Source: an uncultured Verrucomicrobiota bacterium (lineage in GTDB: Bacteria > Verrucomicrobiota > Kiritimatiellia > CAIKKV01 > CAITUY01). From it: a DNA stretch of 58,613 nucleotides. Shown here in pieces: positions 8,879 to 17,698 of the stretch. Position 1 is the stretch's first letter, and each line of letters starts with the position of its first letter. The DNA is taken from assembly GCA_964535015.1 (NCBI GenBank), contig CAZHRU010000004.1, forward strand, positions 2,716 through 61,328, written 5' to 3'. The notes under the pieces are model-generated. The model ran no database searches. It had not been told where the DNA came from and saw only the letters and a list, made by a program, of their open reading frames with translations. The translations under genes were made by a program, and so were the position numbers.

Positions 8879-9925
8879 ATGGGCGTCGAGTTTAGAAACC
8901 GTGGCCAACGTAACACCGTGCCCCCCCCCGAACCCAGAACCCTGAACCCGGACCACTCCCCCCTGCGCATCGCCAACCTGACTCTGGATCCACCCATTCT
9001 GCTGGCACCCATGGCCGGCTATTCCGATCTGGCCTTCCGTTCGGGTATGCGCGAACTCGGAGGCGTCGGCCTGGCCTTCACCGAAATGCTTTCCCCGGGG
9101 AGCCTCCTCCAAGGCAAGGGCCAGAAGCGGAAAACCCTGCTGGCCACCTGCGACTCCGATCAACCGCTTGGCCACCAGATCTATGGTTCCCATGAAGGCA
9201 ACCTCTGCCTGGCCGCCCAGTGGCTCGCCGACCGCGGAGCCCGCCTCATCGATATCAACATGGGCTGCCCGCAACGTAAGATATCCACCCACGGCGCAGG
9301 CGCAGGCCTGTTGCGCGACCCGGAACAGGCCATCCGTATCGCCGCCTCCGTTGTCAAGTCCGTCAGCATCCCCGTCACGGTAAAACTGCGGCTCGGTTGG
9401 GACCATGAGCGCCTCGTGGCCCATGAAATGGTCCCCGGTCTGGAAGAGGCCGGCGTCGCCGCCATCACCATCCACGGCCGAACACGAGGACAAGGTTACA
9501 CCGGCAAGGCCGACCTCGCCGAAATCCGACGCGTTGTTCAGGCCGCACACCGCATCCCCGTCATCGGAAACGGTGACGTCACTTCCCCGCAGGCCGCACG
9601 CCACATGTTCGAAACCACGGGATGTTCCGCCATCATGATCGGGCGCGGGGCACTGGCAAACCCTTGGCTCGTCCGCGACATCGCCCGCGACCTCAAGGGC
9701 CTACCCCCCCTCCCGCCGCCCGAACGCCACGAACGCCTCGCCTTCACCCTGACACACTTCGATCGCGTGGTGGATCTCTACGGCCCCGCCGCTGGCGCAA
9801 TCCTGTTCCGCAAATGGATCCCTCAATATGTGCGGCGCTTGACTCACGGTCGCCCGCATATGGTTGAACTTCTCCAGATCGACAACGCCACAACCCTGCG
9901 CTCAGCCCTGGTCGCCCTGGCATAA
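8879..9925 (+). CDS. dusB: tRNA-dihydrouridine synthase (DusB family)
   Basis: LAPMAG, IDINMGCP, PVTVKLRLGW, IHGRT, VIGNGDV, MIGRGALANPW; exact start uncertain. Confidence 0.92.
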   Translation: MGVEFRNRGQRNTVPPPEPRTLNPDHSPLRIANLTLDPPILLAPMAGYSDLAFRSGMRELGGVGLAFTEMLSPGSLLQGKGQKRKTLLATCDSDQPLGHQIYGSHEGNLCLAAQWLADRGARLIDINMGCPQRKISTHGAGAGLLRDPEQAIRIAASVVKSVSIPVTVKLRLGWDHERLVAHEMVPGLEEAGVAAITIHGRTRGQGYTGKADLAEIRRVVQAAHRIPVIGNGDVTSPQAARHMFETTGCSAIMIGRGALANPWLVRDIARDLKGLPPLPPPERHERLAFTLTHFDRVVDLYGPAAGAILFRKWIPQYVRRLTHGRPHMVELLQIDNATTLRSALVALA

Positions 9926-9931
9926 TTAACA

Positions 9932-9999
9932 CGGCGTCGCCGAGCTCCGCCCTCCAAAACATAAGATGGGGTCGAAGACCTGGAACTCCTGCGACGCCG
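9932..9999. repeat. Inverted pair of a second REP-like family (TGGAGGGCGGAGCTC..GCGACGCCG) between convergent genes
   Basis: 9932-9956 reverse-complements to the element at 18824-18849; degenerate opposite copy GGAACTCCTGCGACGCCG at 9982-9999. Confidence 0.7.
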
Positions 10000-10093
10000 C
10001 CTCCAATTCTGGAGCGTGGCTTTGCCGGACGCACAAAACAAAACGCGAGGCAACACGCCTCGCGCTTTCACGCCATCAAGAAAACCCCGTCCT

Positions 10094-10321
10094 TCAGCCC
10101 TTGGTCACTTTCTTCGACCGGATACAGGCGGTACAAACGGTCTTGCGGACGCGTCCACCCTTTTCCATCACATGAATCTTCTGAAGGTTCGGCATAAACC
10201 GACGCCTGGTGATTCCCGTCGTATGCAACCCAATGCCGCCTTTGGCCTTAGCCAATCCATGGCGCACAATCCGATTTCCCATGCTGACCGTCTTCCCGCA
10301 AATTTCACATGCCCTAGCCAT
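10094..10321 (-). CDS. rpmB: 50S ribosomal protein L28
   Basis: MARACEICGK...GN...KAKGGIG...TRRRFMPNLQ...VCTACIRS. Confidence 0.95.
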   Translation of the reverse strand: MARACEICGKTVSMGNRIVRHGLAKAKGGIGLHTTGITRRRFMPNLQKIHVMEKGGRVRKTVCTACIRSKKVTKG

Positions 10322-10584
10322 CTAACGTCTCCTTATTGATAGGCGCGCATGATAGGTTTCACCCCATCCTCACGCAAGAAAAAAGTAACACCCTTCATCG
10401 ATCCGACGGCGTGAACCCCGGCAACCCAATCGTCCCCTCCCAAGGCTGGGGCACATTCCACGGCATATCGGAATTATTCGATGTCGCACAGCCGCCTGCC
10501 CATAACGACACCACCAGAACAACCACAAAAGGAATTAAGCGGGATGCACTCATGAATACTCACTCGCCGCCCTGGCGCACCTGA

Positions 10585-11541
10585 TCAATAAAACACGTAG
10601 TCGCCCTTCGCGACCGGCATTTGCTGCCAATCCATCAGGATCTCTCCAAACGCAAAACGCTGCTCCGCCAGAACTTCCGAAACCCGTATCTTCCCCACCA
10701 GTTTATCGTTGCGCTGGACCGTCAAGTCCGACAAGGGAATCATCCGGCCCTCGGGCATCATGTCCATGACCACAAAATTCCAATTCGTATTGACCACCAC
10801 AATCCGACCCTGCAACCCCGGCGGCGGCGCATTGGATTCCGAAAATCCATGCATCATGGAAGCCAGATCTTTCTGCAACTTCTCCACAAACCGCTTGGTC
10901 GCCTCGAGTTGGGAATCTTTGTCGCTTAACTTGTCCGTCAACTTGACAATCTCGTCCTTCTTCGCGTTAACGTCGTTCTCCAGTGCCGCCTTTTCTGTCT
11001 CCAAACCGGTAATCTTTGTCGCCTTCAGATCAATATCCGCTTTCGCCGCCGTCAAATTGTCTTCCGTCTGCTTCAACGTATCCTTGGTCTGCGCCAAATC
11101 CTTCTCGGTGCTTACCAGTGTATTACTGGTCGTATTCAACGTGCCACGGGTCTGATCCAACCCCACCCGGGTGTCATTCAAACGGGAATACTGAACTTCA
11201 GCCTTGGCCGCCAAATCTTTTAACTTGGCATCCAGTGTCCCGGGACCGTCGGTCTTCTTCTTGCCATTCTCGACAACCACTTTGCCGTCCGCGCCAACCT
11301 GATAGAAACTCTTGAACTCCTCCCGGTTGAGTTGCAGCCGCGGTAAATCGCGCGTCGCCAAATCCACCGTGGCTTCGGGCGGCAACTCGATTTGGGCGGC
11401 AATCTTGATGGCACCGTCCATCAACTTGATGTTGCGCCCCTTCAATTCCTCACGCTGCAGGAACAGCATGATCTCCACGGCCAACGCCACGCCAGTCAGA
11501 ACCACAACAAACACCACCAAGACTTTTAATAGTTTGTCCAT
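10585..11541 (-). CDS. Membrane-anchored coiled-coil protein with C-terminal beta domain, function unknown
   Basis: N-terminal hydrophobic helix, long heptad region, GRIVVVNTNWNFVV...GKIRVSEV...KGDYV; AGAGGA RBS. Confidence 0.8.
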   Translation of the reverse strand: MDKLLKVLVVFVVVLTGVALAVEIMLFLQREELKGRNIKLMDGAIKIAAQIELPPEATVDLATRDLPRLQLNREEFKSFYQVGADGKVVVENGKKKTDGPGTLDAKLKDLAAKAEVQYSRLNDTRVGLDQTRGTLNTTSNTLVSTEKDLAQTKDTLKQTEDNLTAAKADIDLKATKITGLETEKAALENDVNAKKDEIVKLTDKLSDKDSQLEATKRFVEKLQKDLASMMHGFSESNAPPPGLQGRIVVVNTNWNFVVMDMMPEGRMIPLSDLTVQRNDKLVGKIRVSEVLAEQRFAFGEILMDWQQMPVAKGDYVFY

Positions 11542-11661
11542 GATAGTCCTCTACAACGGGAATGAATCTCTTTGGGTTCACTATGCTATGCATGTTAATG
11601 CCGTGTCAACGAAAAATCCCCCCCAGCCCCCCCCCCCGAAAAACCACCTCGGGGATCAGCA

Positions 11662-11690
11662 TTGCCGCCACCCATTGCTCATACTATAAT
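11662..11690 (+). promoter_or_regulatory. Putative sigma70 promoter for mnmA
   Basis: TTGCCG-N17-TATAAT, 15 bp before ATG 11706. Confidence 0.5.
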
Positions 11691-11705
11691 CATAGCTTTT
11701 CCAAA

Positions 11706-12824
11706 ATGAATTCCAACAAGAACATCACAGTGGCCATCGGCCTGAGCGGCGGCGTGGACTCGTCCATCGCGGCCCATCTCCTCAAAGAGGCCGGGTTCAC
11801 TCTGGTCGGACTCACCATGCAAATATGGGATGGCCGTATCCCCCTCCCCGATAAAGGCCTTTCCGGTTGTTTCGGACCAGGCGAAGCCCGCGACATCACC
11901 GCCGCCCAAACCCTCGCCAAACGCCTCGAAATCCCCCACCATGTCATTCCCATGGCCGACGAGTACGCCTCCGACATTCTCACGTACTTTCGCCAGGAAT
12001 ACTGCTCAGGGCGTACCCCAAACCCCTGTGTCCGCTGCAACCGGAGCATGAAGTTCGGATTGCTCCTCCAAAAAGCACGCGCCATGGGCATCGCTTTTGA
12101 TCGCTTCGCCACCGGCCATTATGCCCGCGTGGAACACAACCCCACAACCGGCCGCTATCAACTTCTCCGCGCCATAGACCACCGCAAGGACCAATCCTAC
12201 TTCCTCGCCCGCTTAAGCCAACCGCAACTCACCGACGTCATCTTCCCCCTCGGCAGTCTCACCAAAGAGACCGTCAAAACCCTGGCCCGCACTCTCAACT
12301 GGTCCGATATCGCCAACAAGGACGAAAGTCAAAATTTCATCGAAAGCAAGAACTACGGCGTCCTCTTTGACGGCACGGAATCCAAACCAGGCCCCATCGT
12401 TGACACCGCCGGAACAGTCCTCGGCCAACACAAGGGAATCATTCACTACACCATCGGCCAACGCCGCGGCTTGGCTCTGGGCGGTACCTCCAACCCCTAT
12501 TACGTTCTACGCCTCGATTCCTGCACCAACACCGTCGTCGTCGGACAACACAACGACCTCTTCGCTTCCCGACTCCAGGCAGGCAACCTGAACTGGATCG
12601 CCCTGGCCACCCCCCCGGATACACCCGTCCGGGTCCATGCTAAAATCCGCCAGCAACACCAAGAGGCCCCCGCCACCCTGTCCGTGGACCCGACTGGCCC
12701 CGAAACCACCATCCATTTGACCTTCGACGAACCCCAAATGTCTATTACCCCTGGACAAACCGTCGTCTGCTACGAGAACGACATCGTCCTTTGTAGCGCC
12801 ACCATCGAATCGGCCGCCACCTGA
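11706..12824 (+). CDS. mnmA: tRNA 2-thiouridylase MnmA
   Basis: GLSGGVDSS, TPNPCVRCN, ATGHYA, KDQSYFL, YTIGQRRGL, ITPGQ. Confidence 0.96.
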   Translation: MNSNKNITVAIGLSGGVDSSIAAHLLKEAGFTLVGLTMQIWDGRIPLPDKGLSGCFGPGEARDITAAQTLAKRLEIPHHVIPMADEYASDILTYFRQEYCSGRTPNPCVRCNRSMKFGLLLQKARAMGIAFDRFATGHYARVEHNPTTGRYQLLRAIDHRKDQSYFLARLSQPQLTDVIFPLGSLTKETVKTLARTLNWSDIANKDESQNFIESKNYGVLFDGTESKPGPIVDTAGTVLGQHKGIIHYTIGQRRGLALGGTSNPYYVLRLDSCTNTVVVGQHNDLFASRLQAGNLNWIALATPPDTPVRVHAKIRQQHQEAPATLSVDPTGPETTIHLTFDEPQMSITPGQTVVCYENDIVLCSATIESAAT

Positions 12825-13009
12825 AACAGCCGCATCTCCAAGTCTTGATGCCGATCCCCGCGCCCTCTTGTCCTCCGTAACTTTAGCGAAGGAGGATGCG
12901 TCGCGGGTGAAGAAAGTTGGGCGGCGACGCGGAACGGAACATTGGCATCCATCGGAACGAATCCGGCAGGCGACACTGACAACGTCAGGCGCCACCTCCC
13001 CATCCATCC

Positions 13010-13591
13010 TCAACTCAACGAGGGCTCAGCGAATGCCTTTCGACCGTCCCATGACGAAAACATCTGACTGTGAAACGACAGATAGAACAGACCGGACTGC
13101 AGAATGCATCGCAACCCGATCGACTCCGCTTCTCCCAACGCCATGTGCAGCCTCACCAATAATCCACCCTCCTTGTCCTTGCGGGAGATCCCCACCAAAT
13201 GCCCGCCACGCTCCATATTCCGTGTAAACGATATCACGGTCACCGCTTTCTCACTCTCGTGATACAAACCGTTGCGCGCCCCGCCCGCCTTCTCTTGCCG
13301 CCCTTCCAAAACCGCCAGCAACTCGCAAATATCGGAAAACCCCAACTTGACCGTCATTTTACGCTCCCAGTCAAATGTCGCCGGATTCCTCTGCGCATCC
13401 TCCCGACTGGCCACCGTCTTCTGAGGAGCCATCTCAAGGTAGAAACAGTTGTGCCGATCGGATTCCATCCGGTTCACCCGTGGCTCCAACCGCAACGCAC
13501 TCCCGTCCCCTTTAGCCGTGGGGTGATAGAACGCCACCTTCTGATCTCTCAACCTGATTGCTCCTGTCTGATCCTTCACCGTCGCCGTCAT
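13010..13591 (-). CDS. Whirly-like putative single-stranded nucleic-acid-binding protein
   Basis: Colinear motif resemblance to plant Whirly domain (ALRLEPR, FYLEMAP, FDWERK..KL..SDICEL, LYH, GGHLVGIS, terminal helix); AAGGAG RBS before ATG 13591. Confidence 0.6.
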   Translation of the reverse strand: MTATVKDQTGAIRLRDQKVAFYHPTAKGDGSALRLEPRVNRMESDRHNCFYLEMAPQKTVASREDAQRNPATFDWERKMTVKLGFSDICELLAVLEGRQEKAGGARNGLYHESEKAVTVISFTRNMERGGHLVGISRKDKEGGLLVRLHMALGEAESIGLRCILQSGLFYLSFHSQMFSSWDGRKAFAEPSLS

Positions 13592-13762
13592 ATCGCTTCT
13601 CCTTTGTTTAAACACCACTTGTCACAGGACGCCTATCAACGCCTATGCCCCAATAAAGAAAACAGGATCCACCGTTTCCGAACGTTTTCTATTTACCTAA
13701 CCGCTATTATCGATTACTTATATTACTACATTCTTGCATGAAACCATTCAACTGAAAACACT

Positions 13763-14602
13763 ATGCCTGCTATCACTCACCTCGAAGACTGGAACACCTG
13801 GATCACCGTCTGCGCCCTGGACTTGTGCCCCGGCAATACCCGGCAGTCCCTGCAGCGGTTCGTACTCACCCGCTTTGTCTCCCTCGTCAGAAAATACGCC
13901 GCCTTGTCCCGCACCGACCCAGGTAATGCCGCCGCCAGCACCCCTGCCGAGGCCTGGCACCTCTTCGAAACCCACCTCCACATTCAACACACCCGCGAAG
14001 GCAAAACTTATAAGCAGTGGCTGAACGAGCATCGCTGGCTTAACCCCGAAGCCCCACTCCCCTGCCTCGAAAGCGGCGCATCCCTCCTCGTCCGCGACGT
14101 CGTAAGGGAACACCTGCGCCGCGAGGCTAGGCGCACATCCTCGCTACCGTTGGATACCCCGCTCCGCGGCGCCTGCGGCCAAACCTATACCCTCACCGAT
14201 TTGCTCCCCTCACCGGAAACCACGCACAATGCCATTCACAACAATGAACTGACCCGCCTGGCCTCGCATGCCGCCCAGCAGGCGTTCCAGCAACTGACGC
14301 GCCGCGAACGCCTCGCCCTGCTGGCGCGCAGCCTGAACCTGCCCCTCTCTTCGCCACTAGTCACCAAGGCGGCCGCCTGCCGCAAATCCTCCCTCTGCAC
14401 CGCCTACCGCGTCGGACTCAATACCATCGCCGCCTTCATCCAAAAACAGTTCGCTTCCGAAGACCGCTCCATCCGCGCACAACTGGCCGTCACCACCTTC
14501 TCCGAGTTGCGCCCCTTGCTGGTTCGCTGGGCAACATCGGAAAACCAACAACTTGTCTCCTTTATGAAGGAAAGCAACAACGATGAACTGGCCATCCGAT
14601 AA
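13763..14602 (+). CDS. Divergent sigma-70-like / HTH protein
   Basis: VRDVVREHLRRE (region 2-like), SLPLDTPL...TLTDLLP (region 3-like), QLTRRERLAL (region 4 start); atypical N-terminus. Confidence 0.5.
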   Translation: MPAITHLEDWNTWITVCALDLCPGNTRQSLQRFVLTRFVSLVRKYAALSRTDPGNAAASTPAEAWHLFETHLHIQHTREGKTYKQWLNEHRWLNPEAPLPCLESGASLLVRDVVREHLRREARRTSSLPLDTPLRGACGQTYTLTDLLPSPETTHNAIHNNELTRLASHAAQQAFQQLTRRERLALLARSLNLPLSSPLVTKAAACRKSSLCTAYRVGLNTIAAFIQKQFASEDRSIRAQLAVTTFSELRPLLVRWATSENQQLVSFMKESNNDELAIR

Positions 14603-15305
14603 ACATAACGCCCCCTTCCGAAAAAGACTCTGGCATTGGCTTCAGGAATGGGAAACCGACCTCCTCCTGCGACAGGCAACAAAACCCAACCAATCCGAAA
14701 CCTTCCCGCCCTCCGATGCAACCTCATCCGCACCCTGTGGTACAGACATTGCATGGAACCCAGGCGACATAGCTCTCCTCTATCCAACCCCGCCTAACCG
14801 CCCGATCTACACTCTGATTCTTGAATGTATGGACAATCGCACCTTCCTGATTTGCCCCTTCAGCCGCTTTGCGGAACCGGCCACTCCTGGCGAATGGATC
14901 ACAGGTAGTCAAACCATCCCGCTACGGGTGCTCTGCCTGTGGAATAGTCATGTGGCAGACTCAACCGTCCTTGGGCGGGGATGGCGCTCAGGTAGACTGA
15001 GCCAACCTCAACTGGTTTCCGCACTGGAATTGCATGACCACATGAACTCAGGCGCCCCGCTGGTGCTCGCGGATCCCTCCGACCTTGGCCCCCCGTTGAT
15101 CCACCCCGCCGACCCGCGCTGGCTCTACATGGAAGAGGAGTCCCGCCTCCTTGACGAGACCATGACAACCCTGGCTCACCGGCCTCACAAGCGGCAACTC
15201 AACGAAAACTGGATGACACCCCGGTCGTTCTGGCCTCTCGCAGCAGAACCACCCCCCACCTATTTCTCTGACAACAAACTCCCGGGAAATCCCGATCCAA
15301 TCTGA
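14583..15305 (+). CDS. Hypothetical protein overlapping the sigma-like gene
   Basis: 240-aa ORF, 20-bp overlap, AAGGA upstream; PGDIALL...NRPIYTLIL...FLICPFS and GPPL..DPR..YMEEE motifs. Confidence 0.65.
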   Translation: MNWPSDKHNAPFRKRLWHWLQEWETDLLLRQATKPNQSETFPPSDATSSAPCGTDIAWNPGDIALLYPTPPNRPIYTLILECMDNRTFLICPFSRFAEPATPGEWITGSQTIPLRVLCLWNSHVADSTVLGRGWRSGRLSQPQLVSALELHDHMNSGAPLVLADPSDLGPPLIHPADPRWLYMEEESRLLDETMTTLAHRPHKRQLNENWMTPRSFWPLAAEPPPTYFSDNKLPGNPDPI

Positions 15306-16532
15306 CTATTCGTTGAGCAGGCCGTCCGTCGCCCGTAACCGCTCGGCCATCTCCCGCAGCAAGGTCACCACAATTTTGGGATTCTGCGATAACACCGTCT
15401 CCATGTTGGCCGCCGAAATGGCCACTAACCTCGCCTCATCGCTACAAACCGTCGCCGTCGCCGTACGATTAACCTTCAACAGCATGGCCATTTCACCAAA
15501 ATACTCGCCGGATTTTATCACCCGTAGCACCTGCCCGCCCCGCATAAGCGCCACCTCTCCTCCCGCCACAAAATACAGGCTGTCGCCGTAATCCCCCTCG
15601 CGAAAAAGCACATCGCCACGCACGTGCGACTCCGCCAACCGTCCCAATCGCCTGATATTCCGGTCAACTTTGTGCGGCTCCTCAAAAAGTTCGCGCACCA
15701 ACAATGCCTCACGCCTCAACGCACAGGCACTGACCTCAACCCCAACCAGAATGGCGGCAAAGGCGTAGTAGACCCAGAGCAACAGGATGAACACGGCTTT
15801 CATCGACCCAAAGGCGACGCCAAAGTCCGGGTTGAACTTCATGATGGCCGTCATCACCGGTCCGATCAGGGCCAGCAACACGGCGGTCACCAGCGACCCC
15901 GTCAGAACCCAGCGAATGGCGGGTTTTGATGGAATAAAAACATAATGCAACAAGGTCAGCGACCCGACAGTAACCACCAGCGGCACAACCACATCGACCA
16001 AGCGCACCAGCACCGGAAGACGCCCCGCCAAAATGGAAATCACTATCGCATAGGCGATCTCGGAAACCACCAGGGCGACCAAAAGTACAAGTATCAGCAG
16101 AACCGCGAATGCATCCCACAGTTTTTCCTTGAAAAACGGCAGATCACGTTCTCGCCCGTACGCCTGATCGAAGGCCCCGCGAAAGGCCCCCACCAACGGT
16201 GTCACCGTCCAGAAAAGGATAGGCAGACTGACCAATCCCCACACCCTCTGCACCGCCAGTCCCCGCACTTCCCGCATGATACTCTCACTCCCCAACGGAA
16301 AGAACTGACCCGCCACCCGCTCCACCGCACCCATCGCCACCTGCGACGAGGCCATGATCTGCCCCACCACAAACAAAACAAGAAGCAAGACCGCAAATAA
16401 CGCAAAGAAACTGTTGAAAGCCAGAACCGCCGCCTTGTCGGCTCCCTGATGCCGCATAAACGACCGCACCGACTGACGCAGCACAAAACAACCTATATCC
16501 ACCCTGTTTCTGAAACTCACATGAAACTCCAA
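15306..16532 (-). CDS. YihY/BrkB family membrane protein fused to C-terminal cyclic-nucleotide-binding domain
   Basis: AAVLAFNSFFAL and FGSMKAVFILLLWVYY...GVE (YihY); LFREGDYGDSLYFVAGGEV...GEYFGEMAMLLKVNRTATA (cNMP). Confidence 0.88.
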   Translation of the reverse strand: MEFHVSFRNRVDIGCFVLRQSVRSFMRHQGADKAAVLAFNSFFALFAVLLLVLFVVGQIMASSQVAMGAVERVAGQFFPLGSESIMREVRGLAVQRVWGLVSLPILFWTVTPLVGAFRGAFDQAYGRERDLPFFKEKLWDAFAVLLILVLLVALVVSEIAYAIVISILAGRLPVLVRLVDVVVPLVVTVGSLTLLHYVFIPSKPAIRWVLTGSLVTAVLLALIGPVMTAIMKFNPDFGVAFGSMKAVFILLLWVYYAFAAILVGVEVSACALRREALLVRELFEEPHKVDRNIRRLGRLAESHVRGDVLFREGDYGDSLYFVAGGEVALMRGGQVLRVIKSGEYFGEMAMLLKVNRTATATVCSDEARLVAISAANMETVLSQNPKIVVTLLREMAERLRATDGLLNE

Positions 16533-16620
16533 GGTTTCGCTGGACTACCGCGCAGTTCTTCAGGTATCATCCCACGCCTCTGAAATCAAGGAAGTATCAC
16601 GTGATTACAAGGAATACATT

Positions 16621-17682
16621 ATGAGCAAGACCTACAAGATCGCTGTTTTGCCCGGTGACGGGACTGGCCCGGAAGTGGTCCGGGAGGGCGTGAAAGTCCT
16701 TCAGGCTGCCGCCGCTAAATTCAAGTTCAAACTCGAACTTACGCCCTATGATTTCGGCGGCGACCGCTACCTCCGCACCGGCGAGGTCCTGCCCGCCTCC
16801 GCCGCGGATGACCTGCGTAAGCATGACGCCATCTTCCTGGGCGCCATCGGCCACCCCGATGTCAAACCCGGCATCCTGGAAAAAGGCATCCTCCTGAAAC
16901 TGCGTTTCGACCTGGATCAGTATATCAATCTGCGCCCGGTGAAACTTTACCCCGGCGTGGAAACCCCGCTGAAAAACAAGGGGCCCGAAGACATCGATTA
17001 CGTCGTCGTCCGCGAAAATACCGGCGACCTCTACACCGGCGTGGGCGGATTTACCCTCAAGGGAACCCCCAACGAGGTCGCCATGCAGACCAGTGTCTAT
17101 AACCGATTCCAAGTGGACCGCTGCCTGCGCTACGCGTTCGAATTGACCCGCCGCCGCAACAAGAAGAATACCCTCGCCCTCTGCGGTAAGACCAACGTGT
17201 TGACCTATGTGTATGACCTCTGGGAACGCGCTTTCCACGAAATGGGCGAAAAGGAATTCCCGGATATCAAGCGCGAGTACTACCATGTGGACGCCACCTG
17301 CATGTGGATGGTGAAGAATCCCGAATGGTTCGATGTGATCGTCACCGGCAACATGTTCGGCGATATCATCACCGACCTCGGCGCCATCACCCAGGGCGGC
17401 ATGGGTATCGCCGCAGGCGGCAATATCAACCCCGAAGGCGTCAGCATGTTTGAACCCATCGGCGGCTCCGCCCCCAAATACACCGGCAAGGATGTCATCA
17501 ACCCTCTGGCCGCCGTCTGCGCGGGTGCCATGATGATGGAAACCCTCGGCGAAACCAAGGCGGCCAAGGCCATCGAAAACGCCGTGATGGATGTGACCGC
17601 CAATAAACTGAAGAGTCTGGCAGCAGGCAAAATGGGATTCTCAACCACCCAGGTCGGCGATCTGGTGGCCGAACGCGTCTAA
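16621..17682 (+). CDS. leuB: 3-isopropylmalate dehydrogenase
   Basis: LPGDGTGPEV, INLRPVK, VRENTG, NMFGDIITD, FEPIGGSAP. Confidence 0.92.
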   Translation: MSKTYKIAVLPGDGTGPEVVREGVKVLQAAAAKFKFKLELTPYDFGGDRYLRTGEVLPASAADDLRKHDAIFLGAIGHPDVKPGILEKGILLKLRFDLDQYINLRPVKLYPGVETPLKNKGPEDIDYVVVRENTGDLYTGVGGFTLKGTPNEVAMQTSVYNRFQVDRCLRYAFELTRRRNKKNTLALCGKTNVLTYVYDLWERAFHEMGEKEFPDIKREYYHVDATCMWMVKNPEWFDVIVTGNMFGDIITDLGAITQGGMGIAAGGNINPEGVSMFEPIGGSAPKYTGKDVINPLAAVCAGAMMMETLGETKAAKAIENAVMDVTANKLKSLAAGKMGFSTTQVGDLVAERV

Positions 17683-17698
17683 ACAACTCATAGGTGAC

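Noticed and set aside
10336-10584. Possible ncRNA or leader upstream of rpmB
   Set aside because: No recognisable RNA family motif or convincing stem pattern by eye
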